DNA of 64,000 bases from assembly GCA_963934255.1 (NCBI GenBank), contig CAWVXU010000003.1, positions 1-64,000 on the forward strand, read 5' to 3'. The notes beneath the pieces are model-generated. The model was not told the DNA's origin. It saw only the letters and a list, made by a program, of their open reading frames with translations, and ran no database searches. Positions 8,276-18,895 of the stretch are shown one piece after another (position 1 is the first letter of the stretch; every line of letters begins with the position of its first letter). A program made the translations under genes and the position numbers. The stretch comes from an uncultured Fibrobacterales bacterium (GTDB lineage Bacteria; Fibrobacterota; Fibrobacteria; Fibrobacterales; CAWVXU01).

Positions 8276-8614
8276 ATGGATGCTTTTGAAGAAATAACCA
8301 ACAAATTACTTCAATTTCGCGACGAGCGAGATTGGGAACAGTTTCACGATTCCAAAAATTTAGCCAGTGCCATCTCGATTGAGGCTGCTGAATTACAAGA
8401 ATTGTTTTTATGGAAATCTTCAGAAGAATCACAACAAGTTGACACTCAGCGAGTCAGCGAGGAAATTTCCGATGTTCTTGCATACACTTTCCTACTAGCT
8501 GAATCGTTTCAAATTGATATTAAAAAGGCAGTGCTTGACAAGATAGAAGCCAATGCTTTAAAATATCCAATATCAAAATCTAAAGGCATTGCCACAAAGT
8601 ATGATCAATTATGA
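8276..8614 (+). CDS. MazG-like nucleotide pyrophosphohydrolase (DCTPP1/RS21-C6 type)
   Basis: FRDERDWEQFHDSKNLA..ISIEAAELQELFLW...EEISDV...KIEANALKYP. Confidence 0.9.
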   Translation: MDAFEEITNKLLQFRDERDWEQFHDSKNLASAISIEAAELQELFLWKSSEESQQVDTQRVSEEISDVLAYTFLLAESFQIDIKKAVLDKIEANALKYPISKSKGIATKYDQL

Positions 8615-9708
8615 GTGACTATAAAGAAGACCAACCCGATCAAGATTCTCGCCCCTATCACAAATCTCGCCCAGACCGAGATAAGGATAAGCCGGTCTAT
8701 TCGGATTCCGAACGTGGGCCCAAAAAGTACATCAATCCGAATGTCAGATTTAAGCTTTCAAACAAATCTCAAAAGCCTAAGGCTAAAGAACTTGGTGACA
8801 AAACAATGTTACACCCAAGAAGCCAACACCGAGGCTCTTATGATTTTAAAGTCTTAGGGGAGACAGTTCCGGCTTTAAAATCTTTTGTGGCACCGAATAA
8901 ATACAAAGTTGACTCGATTGATTTCTCCAATCCGCAAGCTGTAAAGCTACTCAACCAAGCACTTCTTCAACATCATTATCTTGTCAAAGATTGGAAAGTT
9001 CCTGCTGGAGCTCTTTGTCCTCCAATCCCTGGTCGTGCAGATTATATTCACCATTTGGCAGACTTAATTGATTATACCCGCATGGATATCAAAGGGATTG
9101 ATATTGGTATAGGCTTTAACTGTATATACCCGCTTATCGGATCTGCAGAATATGATTGGAAATTCGTAGGCTCTGAGATTAATCCTGAAGCAATGGCATC
9201 TGCTCAAAACATCTTAGATTCAAATCCTCAATTTAAAGACAAAATTGAATTACGTCATCAAACCGACCCCAATTGTATGCTAAAAGGTATCATCCAGCCA
9301 GGTGAAAAATACGACTTTGTGATGTGTAACCCTCCTTTTCACTCTTCTGCAGAAGAAGCGCGCAAAGGTAGTCAACGTAAAGTTCGCAACCTAAAGGTCA
9401 ACAAAAATAAAAACAACAAAAAACCATGGGAAAACGTATCAAAGAAAGATGCTCCTCCTACCCTTAACTTTGGCGGTATGGAACACGAACTTTGGTGTGA
9501 AGGGGGTGAACGAAAATTCATCCAATCAATGGTCTTTGAATCCAAAGAATTCGCTCAACAAGTTGAATGGTTTACTGCCCTTGTATCTAAAGAAGAAAGC
9601 ATACCACCCATCTATGCTTATCTTAGAAAGGCTGGCGTCAAATACGCCCGTACAATCGACATGGGTCAAGGAAATAAAAAAACTCGTTTCGTTGCATGGA
9701 AATTCTAA
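8611..9708 (+). CDS. rlmF: 23S rRNA m6A1618 methyltransferase
   Basis: LHPRSQH, LCPPIPGRADYIH, DIGIGFNCIYPL, MCNPPFH, LNFGG...ELWCEGGE, MGQGNKKTRFVAW; about 65-aa charged N-terminal extension. Confidence 0.95.
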   Translation: MSDYKEDQPDQDSRPYHKSRPDRDKDKPVYSDSERGPKKYINPNVRFKLSNKSQKPKAKELGDKTMLHPRSQHRGSYDFKVLGETVPALKSFVAPNKYKVDSIDFSNPQAVKLLNQALLQHHYLVKDWKVPAGALCPPIPGRADYIHHLADLIDYTRMDIKGIDIGIGFNCIYPLIGSAEYDWKFVGSEINPEAMASAQNILDSNPQFKDKIELRHQTDPNCMLKGIIQPGEKYDFVMCNPPFHSSAEEARKGSQRKVRNLKVNKNKNNKKPWENVSKKDAPPTLNFGGMEHELWCEGGERKFIQSMVFESKEFAQQVEWFTALVSKEESIPPIYAYLRKAGVKYARTIDMGQGNKKTRFVAWKF

Positions 9709-9722
9709 TTCAAGGATATTAG

Positions 9723-10331
9723 ATGAATATCGTTTTTTGTCATGGTAAAGAGGGCAAACCAACTGGAATCAAGTACCAGTGGATTCAAGAAGTTGTACAG
9801 CAATATTTGGATCAAGGTTTTGAACTTAAACTCCATGAGCCCATTGATTATAGAGACCTAGAAGATCCAGATGCGCGAGTGAATCGACTTCTGGCAAGTG
9901 ACCAAATTTCAAAGGACACTATTCTTATTGGGTCGAGTATGGGTGGGTATGTCTGTGCAGTATCTGCGTCTATCAAAAATATATCCGGCTTACTTTTATT
10001 AGCTCCAGCACTATATATGAATCAGATAGCTATTGGAGCCCTTAGCATTAAACATAAACCAGGTGGAATAAATTTCCCGTCAGTAGATGCTAATAAATTA
10101 AAATCATTAGAATCATACACTGTGTCAACATACAAACCAAATTGTCCAAGTTCAACTATCCGAATCATCCATGGAAATCAAGATACTATTGTACCCATCG
10201 AAGGCTCACTCAAATACTCAACTCTGTATGATACCGTTTTGAAAGTCGTTCCTGACAACCATGGTTTACAAAACTCTAAAGACATTTTTCAACTTGATTT
10301 GAAAGCAATTATTAACGCCAATATTGAATAA
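9723..10331 (+). CDS. Alpha/beta hydrolase (YqiA/YcfP-like esterase)
   Basis: FCHGKEG, GSSMGG nucleophile elbow, HGNQD, DNH. Confidence 0.85.
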   Translation: MNIVFCHGKEGKPTGIKYQWIQEVVQQYLDQGFELKLHEPIDYRDLEDPDARVNRLLASDQISKDTILIGSSMGGYVCAVSASIKNISGLLLLAPALYMNQIAIGALSIKHKPGGINFPSVDANKLKSLESYTVSTYKPNCPSSTIRIIHGNQDTIVPIEGSLKYSTLYDTVLKVVPDNHGLQNSKDIFQLDLKAIINANIE

Positions 10332-10368
10332 AAAAAGTTGCGAAATTGATGAGTCAAAAACTAGGTAT

Positions 10369-10404
10369 AAAAAAAGCCACTCAATATTAAACTGAGTGGC
10401 TTTT
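10369..10404. terminator. Intrinsic terminator of mdh, probably bidirectional
   Basis: AAAAGCCACTCA-loop-TGAGTGGCTTTT. Confidence 0.85.
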
Positions 10405-10445
10405 CAACTTCATAGAAGATTGTTTAACAAATTGATTGGCTTAAA

Positions 10446-11393
10446 CTAAGCGTTAGCAATTTTGTTATCAACCCAAGCAACAAGTTCTTTAACAGCATCT
10501 ACAGATACGTCAAAACCTTTGCGCTCATCAGCAGTCATTGTTACTTCAAGAACACGCTCAGCGCCATTCTCACCAATCACACAAGGAACACCACAGTAAA
10601 GACCAGCATCAACACCGTATTCACCGTTAAGTTGAACAGCTGCTGTGACGACAGACTTTTTGTCTTGGATGTATGCTTCAGCCATATGAACAGCAGAAAG
10701 ACCTGGAGAATAGAATGCAGAACCTGTTTTGAGAAGTGCAACAATCTCGCCACCAGCCTTTGCAGTGCGTGCAGCAAGCTCGTCGAATTTTGCTTTTGTC
10801 ATAAGATCAGAAAGAGGAACGCCATTTACAGAACAGCCACCATAGATGCCTACCATTGTATCGCCGTGGCCACCAAGAACTAGTGCATGTACATCTTCAG
10901 CAGAAACATTGAGCTCATCAGCGATGAAACAAGCAAGACGTGAAGAATCAAGAACACCAGCCATACCGATTACTTTGTTAGCAGCAAAACCAGTTACTTT
11001 TTGCATAGCATAGACCATTGCATCAAGAGGGTTAGTCACAACAATCACAAGTGCCTCAGGTGCGTTTGCTTTAATCGCTTCGCCTACTGATTTGATAATA
11101 CCAAAATTAACATCAAGTAAATCATCACGAGACATACCCGGTTTGCGAGGAAGACCAGCTGTTACGATAACAACGTCTGAACCAGCAAGGTCAGCATAGT
11201 CGTTTGTTCCAGAAAGGTTTGAAGATGTAGGGATTACAGAACGGCCTTCTTGAATATCAAGCGCTTTCCCTTGTGGCATGCCTTCAGCAATGTCTATAAG
11301 TAATACGTCTGCAAGATTTTTTTGTGCAATGACAAGAGCCATTGTTCCACCGATTTGTCCGGCTCCAACTAGTGCGATTTTTTTTCTAGCCAT
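10446..11393 (-). CDS. mdh: Malate dehydrogenase (LDH-like)
   Basis: [43 protein letters not shown]. Confidence 0.97.
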   Translation of the reverse strand: MARKKIALVGAGQIGGTMALVIAQKNLADVLLIDIAEGMPQGKALDIQEGRSVIPTSSNLSGTNDYADLAGSDVVIVTAGLPRKPGMSRDDLLDVNFGIIKSVGEAIKANAPEALVIVVTNPLDAMVYAMQKVTGFAANKVIGMAGVLDSSRLACFIADELNVSAEDVHALVLGGHGDTMVGIYGGCSVNGVPLSDLMTKAKFDELAARTAKAGGEIVALLKTGSAFYSPGLSAVHMAEAYIQDKKSVVTAAVQLNGEYGVDAGLYCGVPCVIGENGAERVLEVTMTADERKGFDVSVDAVKELVAWVDNKIANA

Positions 11394-11510
11394 GATAATA
11401 CTCCGATTATGTGTTAAAAACAGATTGGGAAGATTCCCATTTTGGGTAACTGACTGTCACCTTCATTTTGTATAAAATTCATTTAAAAAACAACGCTTTC
11501 AAAATGAGAA

Positions 11511-11540
11511 AAATAAAGGGCTCTTCAAAAGAACCCTTTA
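11511..11540 (-). terminator. Terminator-like hairpin after sucD
   Basis: TAAAGGGCTCTT-CAA-AAGAACCCTTTA with a flanking A-run. Confidence 0.55.
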
Positions 11541-11546
11541 AAAGAT

Positions 11547-12431
11547 TTAAGCAAGTCCGGCAGCTTTCATCGCTTCCATCATCTTGTCACCAATGTCTGC
11601 TGCAGTTTTAGCAACATAGCAACCAGCATCTTCAAGTGCTTCCATTTTAGACTCTGCAGTTCCTGCATTACCTTCAATGATTGCACCAGCATGTCCCATA
11701 CGTTTACCTTTTGGAGCTGTTTGACCAGCGATAAATGCAGCAACAGGCTTTTTCACGTGAGCTTTGATGTACTCAGCAGCAAGCTCTTCACCTGAACCAC
11801 CGATTTCACCGATAAGAACGATGCCTTCTGTTTCTGGATCTTCGTTGAACATTTTAACGATGTCAATGTGATCTAGACCATGGATAGGATCTCCACCGAT
11901 ACCCACTGCAGTTGTTTGACCAAGGCCATTTGCTGTAGTTTGGTTGACTGCTTCGTATGTAAGAGTCCCTGAACGAGAAACCACACCGATACGGCCTTTT
12001 GAGTGAATAGCACCAGGCGCGATACCAATTTTAGAAACACCAGAAGTTACGAGCCCTGGACAGTTTGGTCCAAGTAGTATCGAGTTGTATTTCTCAAGAG
12101 TTTTTTTCACTTTAGCCATGTCCATAACAGGGATGCCTTCAGTGATTGCAACGATAAGTTCGATGCCAGCTTCTGCAGCTTCGATGATTGCAGCACCCGC
12201 AAATGGAGGTGGTACAAAAATCATAGTCGCGTTTGCGCCTGTTTTATCAATTGCTTCTTTTACTGATCCAAAAACTGGGAAACCATCTACTTCGGTTCCT
12301 GCTTTTTTAGGATTAACACCACCAACAACATTTGTACCATAAGCACGACACTGTTGAGAGTGAAAAAGACCAGCTTTACCCGTAATACCTTGGGTAATTA
12401 ATTTTGTATTTTCGTTGATTAAAATAGCCAT
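11547..12431 (-). CDS. sucD: Succinyl-CoA synthetase alpha subunit
   Basis: [28 protein letters not shown]. Confidence 0.98.
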   Translation of the reverse strand: MAILINENTKLITQGITGKAGLFHSQQCRAYGTNVVGGVNPKKAGTEVDGFPVFGSVKEAIDKTGANATMIFVPPPFAGAAIIEAAEAGIELIVAITEGIPVMDMAKVKKTLEKYNSILLGPNCPGLVTSGVSKIGIAPGAIHSKGRIGVVSRSGTLTYEAVNQTTANGLGQTTAVGIGGDPIHGLDHIDIVKMFNEDPETEGIVLIGEIGGSGEELAAEYIKAHVKKPVAAFIAGQTAPKGKRMGHAGAIIEGNAGTAESKMEALEDAGCYVAKTAADIGDKMMEAMKAAGLA

Positions 12432-12443
12432 TGTCTTAATTCC

Positions 12444-13601
12444 CTATTTGATTGTTGCAGCAACTTTAGTTGCGCCGTCAGCCATTGTAGTAGCAGAAAT
12501 GATGTTCAAGCCACAATTGTTAATGATTTCTTGTCCTTCTTTGACGTTAGTACCTTCAAGGCGTACTACAAGAGGAACGTTTAAGCCAACTTTTTTGACC
12601 GCAGCTACAACACCATTTGCGATGATGTCACATTTCATGATTCCACCAAAGATGTTCACAAGAATGGCTTCGACTTTTTTGTCAGAAGTGATCAATTCAA
12701 ATGCTTTTGCTACTGCTTCTTCAGTTGCAGAACCACCAACATCTAGGAAGTTTGCAGGCTCTTGCCCAACTTCTTTAATGATGTCCATAGTGGCCATTGC
12801 AAGGCCAGCACCATTTACCATACAACCAATGTTACCATCGAGTTGGATGTAAGACATGCCCCATTTAGTTGCTTCAATTTCAGCAGCATTCAGGCCCGAT
12901 TCAGGATCTCCACCCGTTTCCATTTGACGGAAATTAGCGTTGTCATCAATGTCGTATTTACAATCAAGGATTGCAAGATCTCCTTCTTCAGTCACAACAA
13001 GTGGGTTGATTTCAAGAAGATTACAATCACCATCAACAAAGACGTTAAAAAGTTTTACGATAACATCAGCATAATCAGTTGCTTGCTTGCCAGTAAGACC
13101 TAAAAAAGCAGCGCCTTCTGCAGCAAGCTCAGCTGAGACACCAGTATCAATTGGTGGATATTGTTTTAAGATTTTTTCAGGAGTTGCTTCTGCAACTTCT
13201 TCGATTTCCATACCACCCTCTTGTGAGATCATCACAACAGGTGCACCTAGTGCACGGTCAATTGTTACTGCAACATAAAGTTCAGTAGCAATGTTTGAAG
13301 GAGCTTCTAAAAGAGCTGCTTCTACTAAGATACCTTCTTCACCAGTTTGTTTGGTCACAAGGTTCATTCCAATGATTTGCTCAGAAAGAGTTCTAGCTTC
13401 TTCAACAGATTTGAAGAACTTGACTCCGCCAGCTTTACCGCGACCACCTGTGTGGGCTTGTGCTTTGACAAGACCAGTAGTCATGCCAATTTTAGCAAGT
13501 GCAGCTTCTACTTCGCCTGCAGTTTTCACCATAATGCTTGGAGGTACTGGAAGTCCAGCAGCTTTAAGCACAGCTTTTGATTGATATTCGTGTAATTTCA
13601 T
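12444..13601 (-). CDS. sucC: Succinyl-CoA synthetase beta subunit
   Basis: MKLHEYQSK, GGRGKAGGV, NGAGLAMATMD, ANFLDVGG, VNIFGGI. Confidence 0.98.
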   Translation of the reverse strand: MKLHEYQSKAVLKAAGLPVPPSIMVKTAGEVEAALAKIGMTTGLVKAQAHTGGRGKAGGVKFFKSVEEARTLSEQIIGMNLVTKQTGEEGILVEAALLEAPSNIATELYVAVTIDRALGAPVVMISQEGGMEIEEVAEATPEKILKQYPPIDTGVSAELAAEGAAFLGLTGKQATDYADVIVKLFNVFVDGDCNLLEINPLVVTEEGDLAILDCKYDIDDNANFRQMETGGDPESGLNAAEIEATKWGMSYIQLDGNIGCMVNGAGLAMATMDIIKEVGQEPANFLDVGGSATEEAVAKAFELITSDKKVEAILVNIFGGIMKCDIIANGVVAAVKKVGLNVPLVVRLEGTNVKEGQEIINNCGLNIISATTMADGATKVAATIK

Positions 13602-13820
13602 AGTTTTCCCAGAGTGTGAGGTGAAATAAAATTTTCAGTTAAAATAGCTAAAATAGTGGCATTCGCAAGTACAAAAGGCTTTCGAGCAAATTAAGTCAAA
13701 AACTAAATACTAGGAAACCCAATAATATCTCTTTTCATCAATCAAATCACTCACATTTGGAGATAAGAGGGCTTGTTTGACCTCTTTAAGTGGAGATGTC
13801 GAGGTATTGGATGGTGATGT

Positions 13821-14246
13821 CTAAATTGAAACTTCGTTGGAGACGGGGCATCCGGCCAAATCAGCGATTGACTCGGAAGAGAGAACCTCATTCATCGCAA
13901 TTTGAGCTCGACCTAATAGCCCATGAATTCCACAGCCTTGAAATTCACAACAATTTGTGGAAAGCTCCATACAATCCATCAAAGCAAGCTGACCTTCCAT
14001 GATTTCAATGACATCTAGAACGCTGATTTTATTGGCTGGTTTGGCAAGAATATTACCGCCTTTGGCTCCAGGGACGGACTCAATTAAACCAGAAGCGACA
14101 AGTTGAGAAGCCACTGATTGAAGATATTTAAGCGAAATATCCTCAGATTCTGCGATAAGGCGAGTAGGTAATACTTGTGACTGCTCACCTCGCGCTAAAC
14201 GAGTCAGGAGCCTTAAAGCATAGTCTGTTTTGCGGGTTAGCTTCAT
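13821..14246 (-). CDS. Rrf2 family transcriptional regulator with IscR-like Cys/His cluster ligands
   Basis: TRKTDYALR, ISLKYL, GLIESVPGAKGG, C-x6-CC-x4-C-x2-H. Confidence 0.9.
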   Translation of the reverse strand: MKLTRKTDYALRLLTRLARGEQSQVLPTRLIAESEDISLKYLQSVASQLVASGLIESVPGAKGGNILAKPANKISVLDVIEIMEGQLALMDCMELSTNCCEFQGCGIHGLLGRAQIAMNEVLSSESIADLAGCPVSNEVSI

Positions 14247-14289
14247 CTACTATGAACTTTCATCATCAATTTTATTATCACTTTTTAAT

Positions 14290-15156
14290 CTAGAACTTCT
14301 GAGGAAAGACGCCTAAAACATTTAAAATCATTGGGAAAATCATTAAATGAAGGACCGCCATCTGGACCGCTGCCATCAAATAAAATAGACTAAAAATAGG
14401 CGAAATGCTAAGAGCCGGGATGAAACTCAAAGACAATAGAATTAATATGCCACACCATGTCATCGTAGCAAATTTAAAATCATGAATAAACCACTGGATA
14501 ATCACACCGGTATTACTTCCAACCTTGAGGCCTTGGCCTAGTTTGAACATCCGCCAAACTTGATGAGCCATCATAAATCCAGAGATAACCAAAAGACTTG
14601 TCATCCAGAATGTAAAACCGGTGAATTGATTGATTCTAAGCTGGGAGATGAGAAGTGCAAGCTGAATAAAGGCTACCGAGATACCTAAGAGCCATGAGCC
14701 CAAATAAGTCCCCCAAGGGTATTTGGCGGCCCGGGAGATTATTGCAATGACAAAGCCTATTGCCGGGATCACCCAGACTATATGCTCAGAAAACTCTAAA
14801 GTGTGGGCAAATGTCAATTTCAGTAAAGCCGAGCTCATGAACAAAACCGAAAGAGCACCCCATTGTTTGCGGATTAAAGCCACGATAACAAGAATGCAAA
14901 ATACCGCCGTGAAGCAGATGTGTTCGTAACCCCATACTTGAAAAATAGGTCGGACATCGTAGTGCCCAGCGAAGAAATAATCCATTGTCAATTTTGTTTG
15001 ACTACTCATCCCCGCCCAAAAGCCCCGATATAAAGCGGCCTGAGAGATGTTTTGCCAAACCAGCATCACTAAAACCCCTAGAAACCCAACTGCACGAAAT
15101 CTGACAATCAGTTCAGCAAATTTTCTTTCAAAGGGATCGCGTTGTCTTAAATCCAT
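14290..15156 (-). CDS. Multi-pass membrane protein of unknown function
   Basis: 288-aa ORF with about 8 hydrophobic segments. Confidence 0.7.
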   Translation of the reverse strand: MDLRQRDPFERKFAELIVRFRAVGFLGVLVMLVWQNISQAALYRGFWAGMSSQTKLTMDYFFAGHYDVRPIFQVWGYEHICFTAVFCILVIVALIRKQWGALSVLFMSSALLKLTFAHTLEFSEHIVWVIPAIGFVIAIISRAAKYPWGTYLGSWLLGISVAFIQLALLISQLRINQFTGFTFWMTSLLVISGFMMAHQVWRMFKLGQGLKVGSNTGVIIQWFIHDFKFATMTWCGILILLSLSFIPALSISPIFSLFYLMAAVQMAVLHLMIFPMILNVLGVFPQKF

Positions 15157-15223
15157 AATGATTTCCAGATTTTTAAAGTCAAAGGTTTAATACTTTAGAC
15201 AAAAATAACAAAGTACGGCACAA

Positions 15224-18200
15224 TTATCTAGAAATCAATAACTTCTCTAGTTTAGATTCATTCACTTGAAGACCTTTTGAATCAATTCGACGTGTAATCA
15301 CTTTGTAAAAATAGACCCCATTGGCTAATTTACGGCCATATCGATCACGCCCATTGAACACAGTCACTCCACTCACTGCATTATTTAAAATACGAACAAG
15401 ACGCCCATTTTGATCAAATACTTTGATTTTTACTTCAGAGTTTGAATGGGTTTTAAAGAAAAAACGTGTTCGTTTTTTCATTGGGTTAGGGACATTATAG
15501 ACGTCAGTCAATAGCTGGACGGATTCGTTACTGAGCTTAAGTAGCCATTGGTGTGAATTAAAGTTTCCTAATATATCTAGTGCGCGAACTTCAAGTGTAT
15601 ATTCACCAGGTGCTACACTGATGCCAAGCTCTAATCTAAAGGTCGCGCGTTTACCTTGTAAAATTTCAAAATTCGCATGTTGTCTTGTATAAATTTCAGA
15701 GACTTCCACCGTCACACCTTCATCTACTTCTTCAGACAAGTCTATACCGGTTTCGTCACTCACTTCGAATTCAATACAAGCCGGAGATGATATTTCAATC
15801 TCTGAACCATAATAACCCGTCGTCACCGGATTCACATCGCAAGGGTATGCTTTGATGATAGGGGCTTCATTATCTTTTATTGAAGACGCATCACTAGATG
15901 TTCCATTGAGAGAGATACCTGACTTAGCTACAGCACCATAATAAGGTTGTTTATCCTCCCAAGCATAAGCTTGAATTACTGCATTTGTATCACCAAAGCT
16001 CAACTTACGAGGAGTGATAAATTCTGTGGAAAATTCACCATTTTTAAAACCTAAAACTTCAGCGTACAAAGTCTTACCTGACTGTTGTACATAGACATCA
16101 TCAAAGGTGCCTTCATTTAAGCCTGGGTAAAATCTTATGGAAGCTTGTTCATTGACTTTTAAATAAATTTTACCTGACTTAGAGGCGCCAGTGACTTGTC
16201 CTCGTATTTGTACTTTCTCAAGTGCTTGGATAGTATCAGGGAGAGATTCAAAATTAATTTCTAATCGAGGCTTGGGAATGGTCAATACCGGCTCACCCAA
16301 AAGGATATACTTCTCAGCATTCCAACGGTCAGCGGTATTGCCTGTTTGAGCAATACTTTCTTTCGTTTTTCTCAGCGCCTCACCAAGCAATAAATCCTTA
16401 GAAAAATCAAACATGTTTTCGAAAAATACCGAGGCCATTTCTCTATTGTCAGAATTATAAGTACTGCGACTCGCAGCCACAGTTGCAATGGCACCAGTTA
16501 AGCCTTCATTAAAAAGCTCTTGTGAAAGGGTGGTCCCGTTAATTCTATCAACTCGACCGACAGTACATGAAAAGGCTGAGAAGATTGGTGTTTTGTATTC
16601 GTTTCGAATTTGATTAACTGATAAATCATTAAAGAGATTCTCATCAGCAATTTGGTCACTTGAACCATGCCCAAAGTAATTAAAAAACAATTGCCCATGA
16701 TCTAACTTTCTAATTATATCCTGTTGAGCGGTTGGTTTTTGAAAACTAGCATCAGAGGCGTAATCATCAATATAAACTTTGGTTTGAGTCAACCATGGAT
16801 TTTCATTCTCAATAGTCTTTGATACAATCTCACTGTTTTTCATGTGGTCGGCACCAATATTATCGGCATTACCATTCTGAGCAAAATCATCAGCTGAGAG
16901 CAAAATTTGACTTCTCCAAAAGCCTTGATTCATCACACCTTTTTCAGAAAAGTTACTGAGTTTATCCAAATAATCATCCATGTTGGCTGTCGTTGAAACA
17001 GGAAGCCTACCTACCGCCAGGTCGAGGGAATAATTCATGCCTAACAAATACTCACCCGGGTCTAGAATTGCATAGAAATCGTCTGTGGCGTAATCCTCGA
17101 ATTCATATATAGGAACATGAATATCAACATCTTTGGCTAATAAATTTCTCACATCGTAATGAGTATCACCTACAAGTAATAAGTATTTTAAACTAGCCCC
17201 TGTTAGAGAACGAACATGTCTTAAATAATCTCTGATTGCTAATGGACTCGCCCGACCACCACTATAATGCATAAATATTTTTTCAACTTCAACAACTCCC
17301 GTTTTCATTGAGCGCAGTAAGCGACCTGAACTTCTTAATTCACTGAGTTTAAGTGAAGAATTTACAAACTTGGATGGTGTAATTATTAAATACTCAATAT
17401 CATTTTGAGAAGAAGTGCCCGACTCAAGTGTGGATAAGTTTTGGATGGCACCTTGGGGTGAATTAGTTATTGCAAAAACCTCGGGAGTTTTAATGCTTTT
17501 GTCCCAAATAAAATATTGGCCCGACTCTATCGTGTTAGGGTCAATGTGTAAATTTTCTCTGATAGGGAGGATATTACTTGCTTCATAGTTGACCAATTTT
17601 ATCAGCGACAAATCAGACGATAATTCAATTGCTAAATTCTGAGATTCACTTGTTTCAGTTAAGATATAAGGTTGAGCTGAATCATAATTTAGTTTACCTT
17701 TATACCCAATCGTGTAAGCATCAAATCGGTGATTATACTGATTAAAGTTCGAACTTAAATCAACTTGAATACCAAAGTTTCTAGAGTCAACTTGAAGCTC
17801 GTCTAGTTGAAATAAAAATTTACCCATATAAGGCCGGTGGTCTAACTTTGTTTGCTCAACTCCGTCGATTAAAAACTGACTACTTGGAGTGGTGATTGCT
17901 AATCTATTTGCTTCGGATAAAATGGCATGACTAGCAGCGAGTGTCCCACGTTCTCGACCTGGGTAATACTTCACCCATGCATAGGCGGAGTCTCCATCAT
18001 ATCCGGGGAATTTTGATGTATTGGGATGATTGACTGAATACACTGATTCATCATCACTTGGGATAAATATCCAGTGCCATTCTACTCCAGTAGAATCATC
18101 AATTCCACCCCCATTTGCATCACGATGAACATCATCACGCAGTGTGGTTTCTTTCTCGGCATGGCGGTAATTCCACAAATAGTTGAGTGTATCAGTAACT

Positions 18201-18844
18201 GCACCCGATAGTGCAATGGTATCCAAAGACTGGGCAATACTGCTTTGAAGCACACCTAGGTAATAAGATTGATAATCACCCCAATGGCTGTGACTTAATT
18301 GATATTTGAGCTCATAACTCGGATCATTGACTTGCTGCCAGATAGATGAACCGTGCCCAAAAAACATGATTGAATCACCTTCATCAAAAAGACCATTTCG
18401 ATTGGCGTCTTGAGTCCAAATAGGGACTTCATTGAAATTGTCGGTTGGGCTAGTGATTGAATTGGGAACGACAACCTGGTTGGTATCTGCGCGGGAAGTC
18501 CATATTGATAATTTGGTCAATGAAGTCCCACGGACATCAAAGCCTGCCACTTTTTCAATATCAGTATAACTTAAACCTTGCATACCGTCCTGAGAAAAGA
18601 CACCCGGACTAGGTGAGTAAACTCGAAATTCTGCTTTGAAATCTGTACTTTGACTGGTGGCTAGTGACATCAATGATGTGTTTAGCTGTTTCTTTTGAAT
18701 TGTCGGAACAACATGACGGGAACTTTTAAAGAAGCCACTTGCTTGCGAATCGCCTATACCTAGAGACAAAACTACCAGTACGAAACAGAGCTTTAATTGA
18801 AAAGGCAAACTAAGTGCCAAAGAATCTAGGTGTAAGGGTTTCAT
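15224..18844 (-). CDS. porU: T9SS sortase PorU-like C25 peptidase, paralogue A
   Basis: EYLIITP, YSGGR...AIRDYLR, LLLVGD, ATDDFY, VGRLPV, NYFGHGS, FSCTVG, YILLGEP, FSTEFITP, C-terminal YNVPNP...LANGVYFYKV. Confidence 0.88.
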   Translation of the reverse strand: MKPLHLDSLALSLPFQLKLCFVLVVLSLGIGDSQASGFFKSSRHVVPTIQKKQLNTSLMSLATSQSTDFKAEFRVYSPSPGVFSQDGMQGLSYTDIEKVAGFDVRGTSLTKLSIWTSRADTNQVVVPNSITSPTDNFNEVPIWTQDANRNGLFDEGDSIMFFGHGSSIWQQVNDPSYELKYQLSHSHWGDYQSYYLGVLQSSIAQSLDTIALSGAVTDTLNYLWNYRHAEKETTLRDDVHRDANGGGIDDSTGVEWHWIFIPSDDESVYSVNHPNTSKFPGYDGDSAYAWVKYYPGRERGTLAASHAILSEANRLAITTPSSQFLIDGVEQTKLDHRPYMGKFLFQLDELQVDSRNFGIQVDLSSNFNQYNHRFDAYTIGYKGKLNYDSAQPYILTETSESQNLAIELSSDLSLIKLVNYEASNILPIRENLHIDPNTIESGQYFIWDKSIKTPEVFAITNSPQGAIQNLSTLESGTSSQNDIEYLIITPSKFVNSSLKLSELRSSGRLLRSMKTGVVEVEKIFMHYSGGRASPLAIRDYLRHVRSLTGASLKYLLLVGDTHYDVRNLLAKDVDIHVPIYEFEDYATDDFYAILDPGEYLLGMNYSLDLAVGRLPVSTTANMDDYLDKLSNFSEKGVMNQGFWRSQILLSADDFAQNGNADNIGADHMKNSEIVSKTIENENPWLTQTKVYIDDYASDASFQKPTAQQDIIRKLDHGQLFFNYFGHGSSDQIADENLFNDLSVNQIRNEYKTPIFSAFSCTVGRVDRINGTTLSQELFNEGLTGAIATVAASRSTYNSDNREMASVFFENMFDFSKDLLLGEALRKTKESIAQTGNTADRWNAEKYILLGEPVLTIPKPRLEINFESLPDTIQALEKVQIRGQVTGASKSGKIYLKVNEQASIRFYPGLNEGTFDDVYVQQSGKTLYAEVLGFKNGEFSTEFITPRKLSFGDTNAVIQAYAWEDKQPYYGAVAKSGISLNGTSSDASSIKDNEAPIIKAYPCDVNPVTTGYYGSEIEISSPACIEFEVSDETGIDLSEEVDEGVTVEVSEIYTRQHANFEILQGKRATFRLELGISVAPGEYTLEVRALDILGNFNSHQWLLKLSNESVQLLTDVYNVPNPMKKRTRFFFKTHSNSEVKIKVFDQNGRLVRILNNAVSGVTVFNGRDRYGRKLANGVYFYKVITRRIDSKGLQVNESKLEKLLISR

Positions 18845-18895
18845 AGACCATAATTTACAAGATTATAGAGATAAAAATAGCAAAGTGCATAGACT

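Noticed and set aside
10577..13584. Many antisense or alternative-frame ORFs over mdh and sucCD (likewise over nfeD, floA, clpC and fli genes)
   Set aside because: Shadow ORFs expected from codon bias in conserved genes.
18845..18860. TANNNT 6-7 nt before ATG without Shine-Dalgarno at porU A, porU B, TIGR02147 copy 2 and the HDOD gene (possible leaderless mRNAs)
   Set aside because: Such hexamers are frequent in AT-rich DNA; four cases cannot be separated from chance without a genome-wide count.
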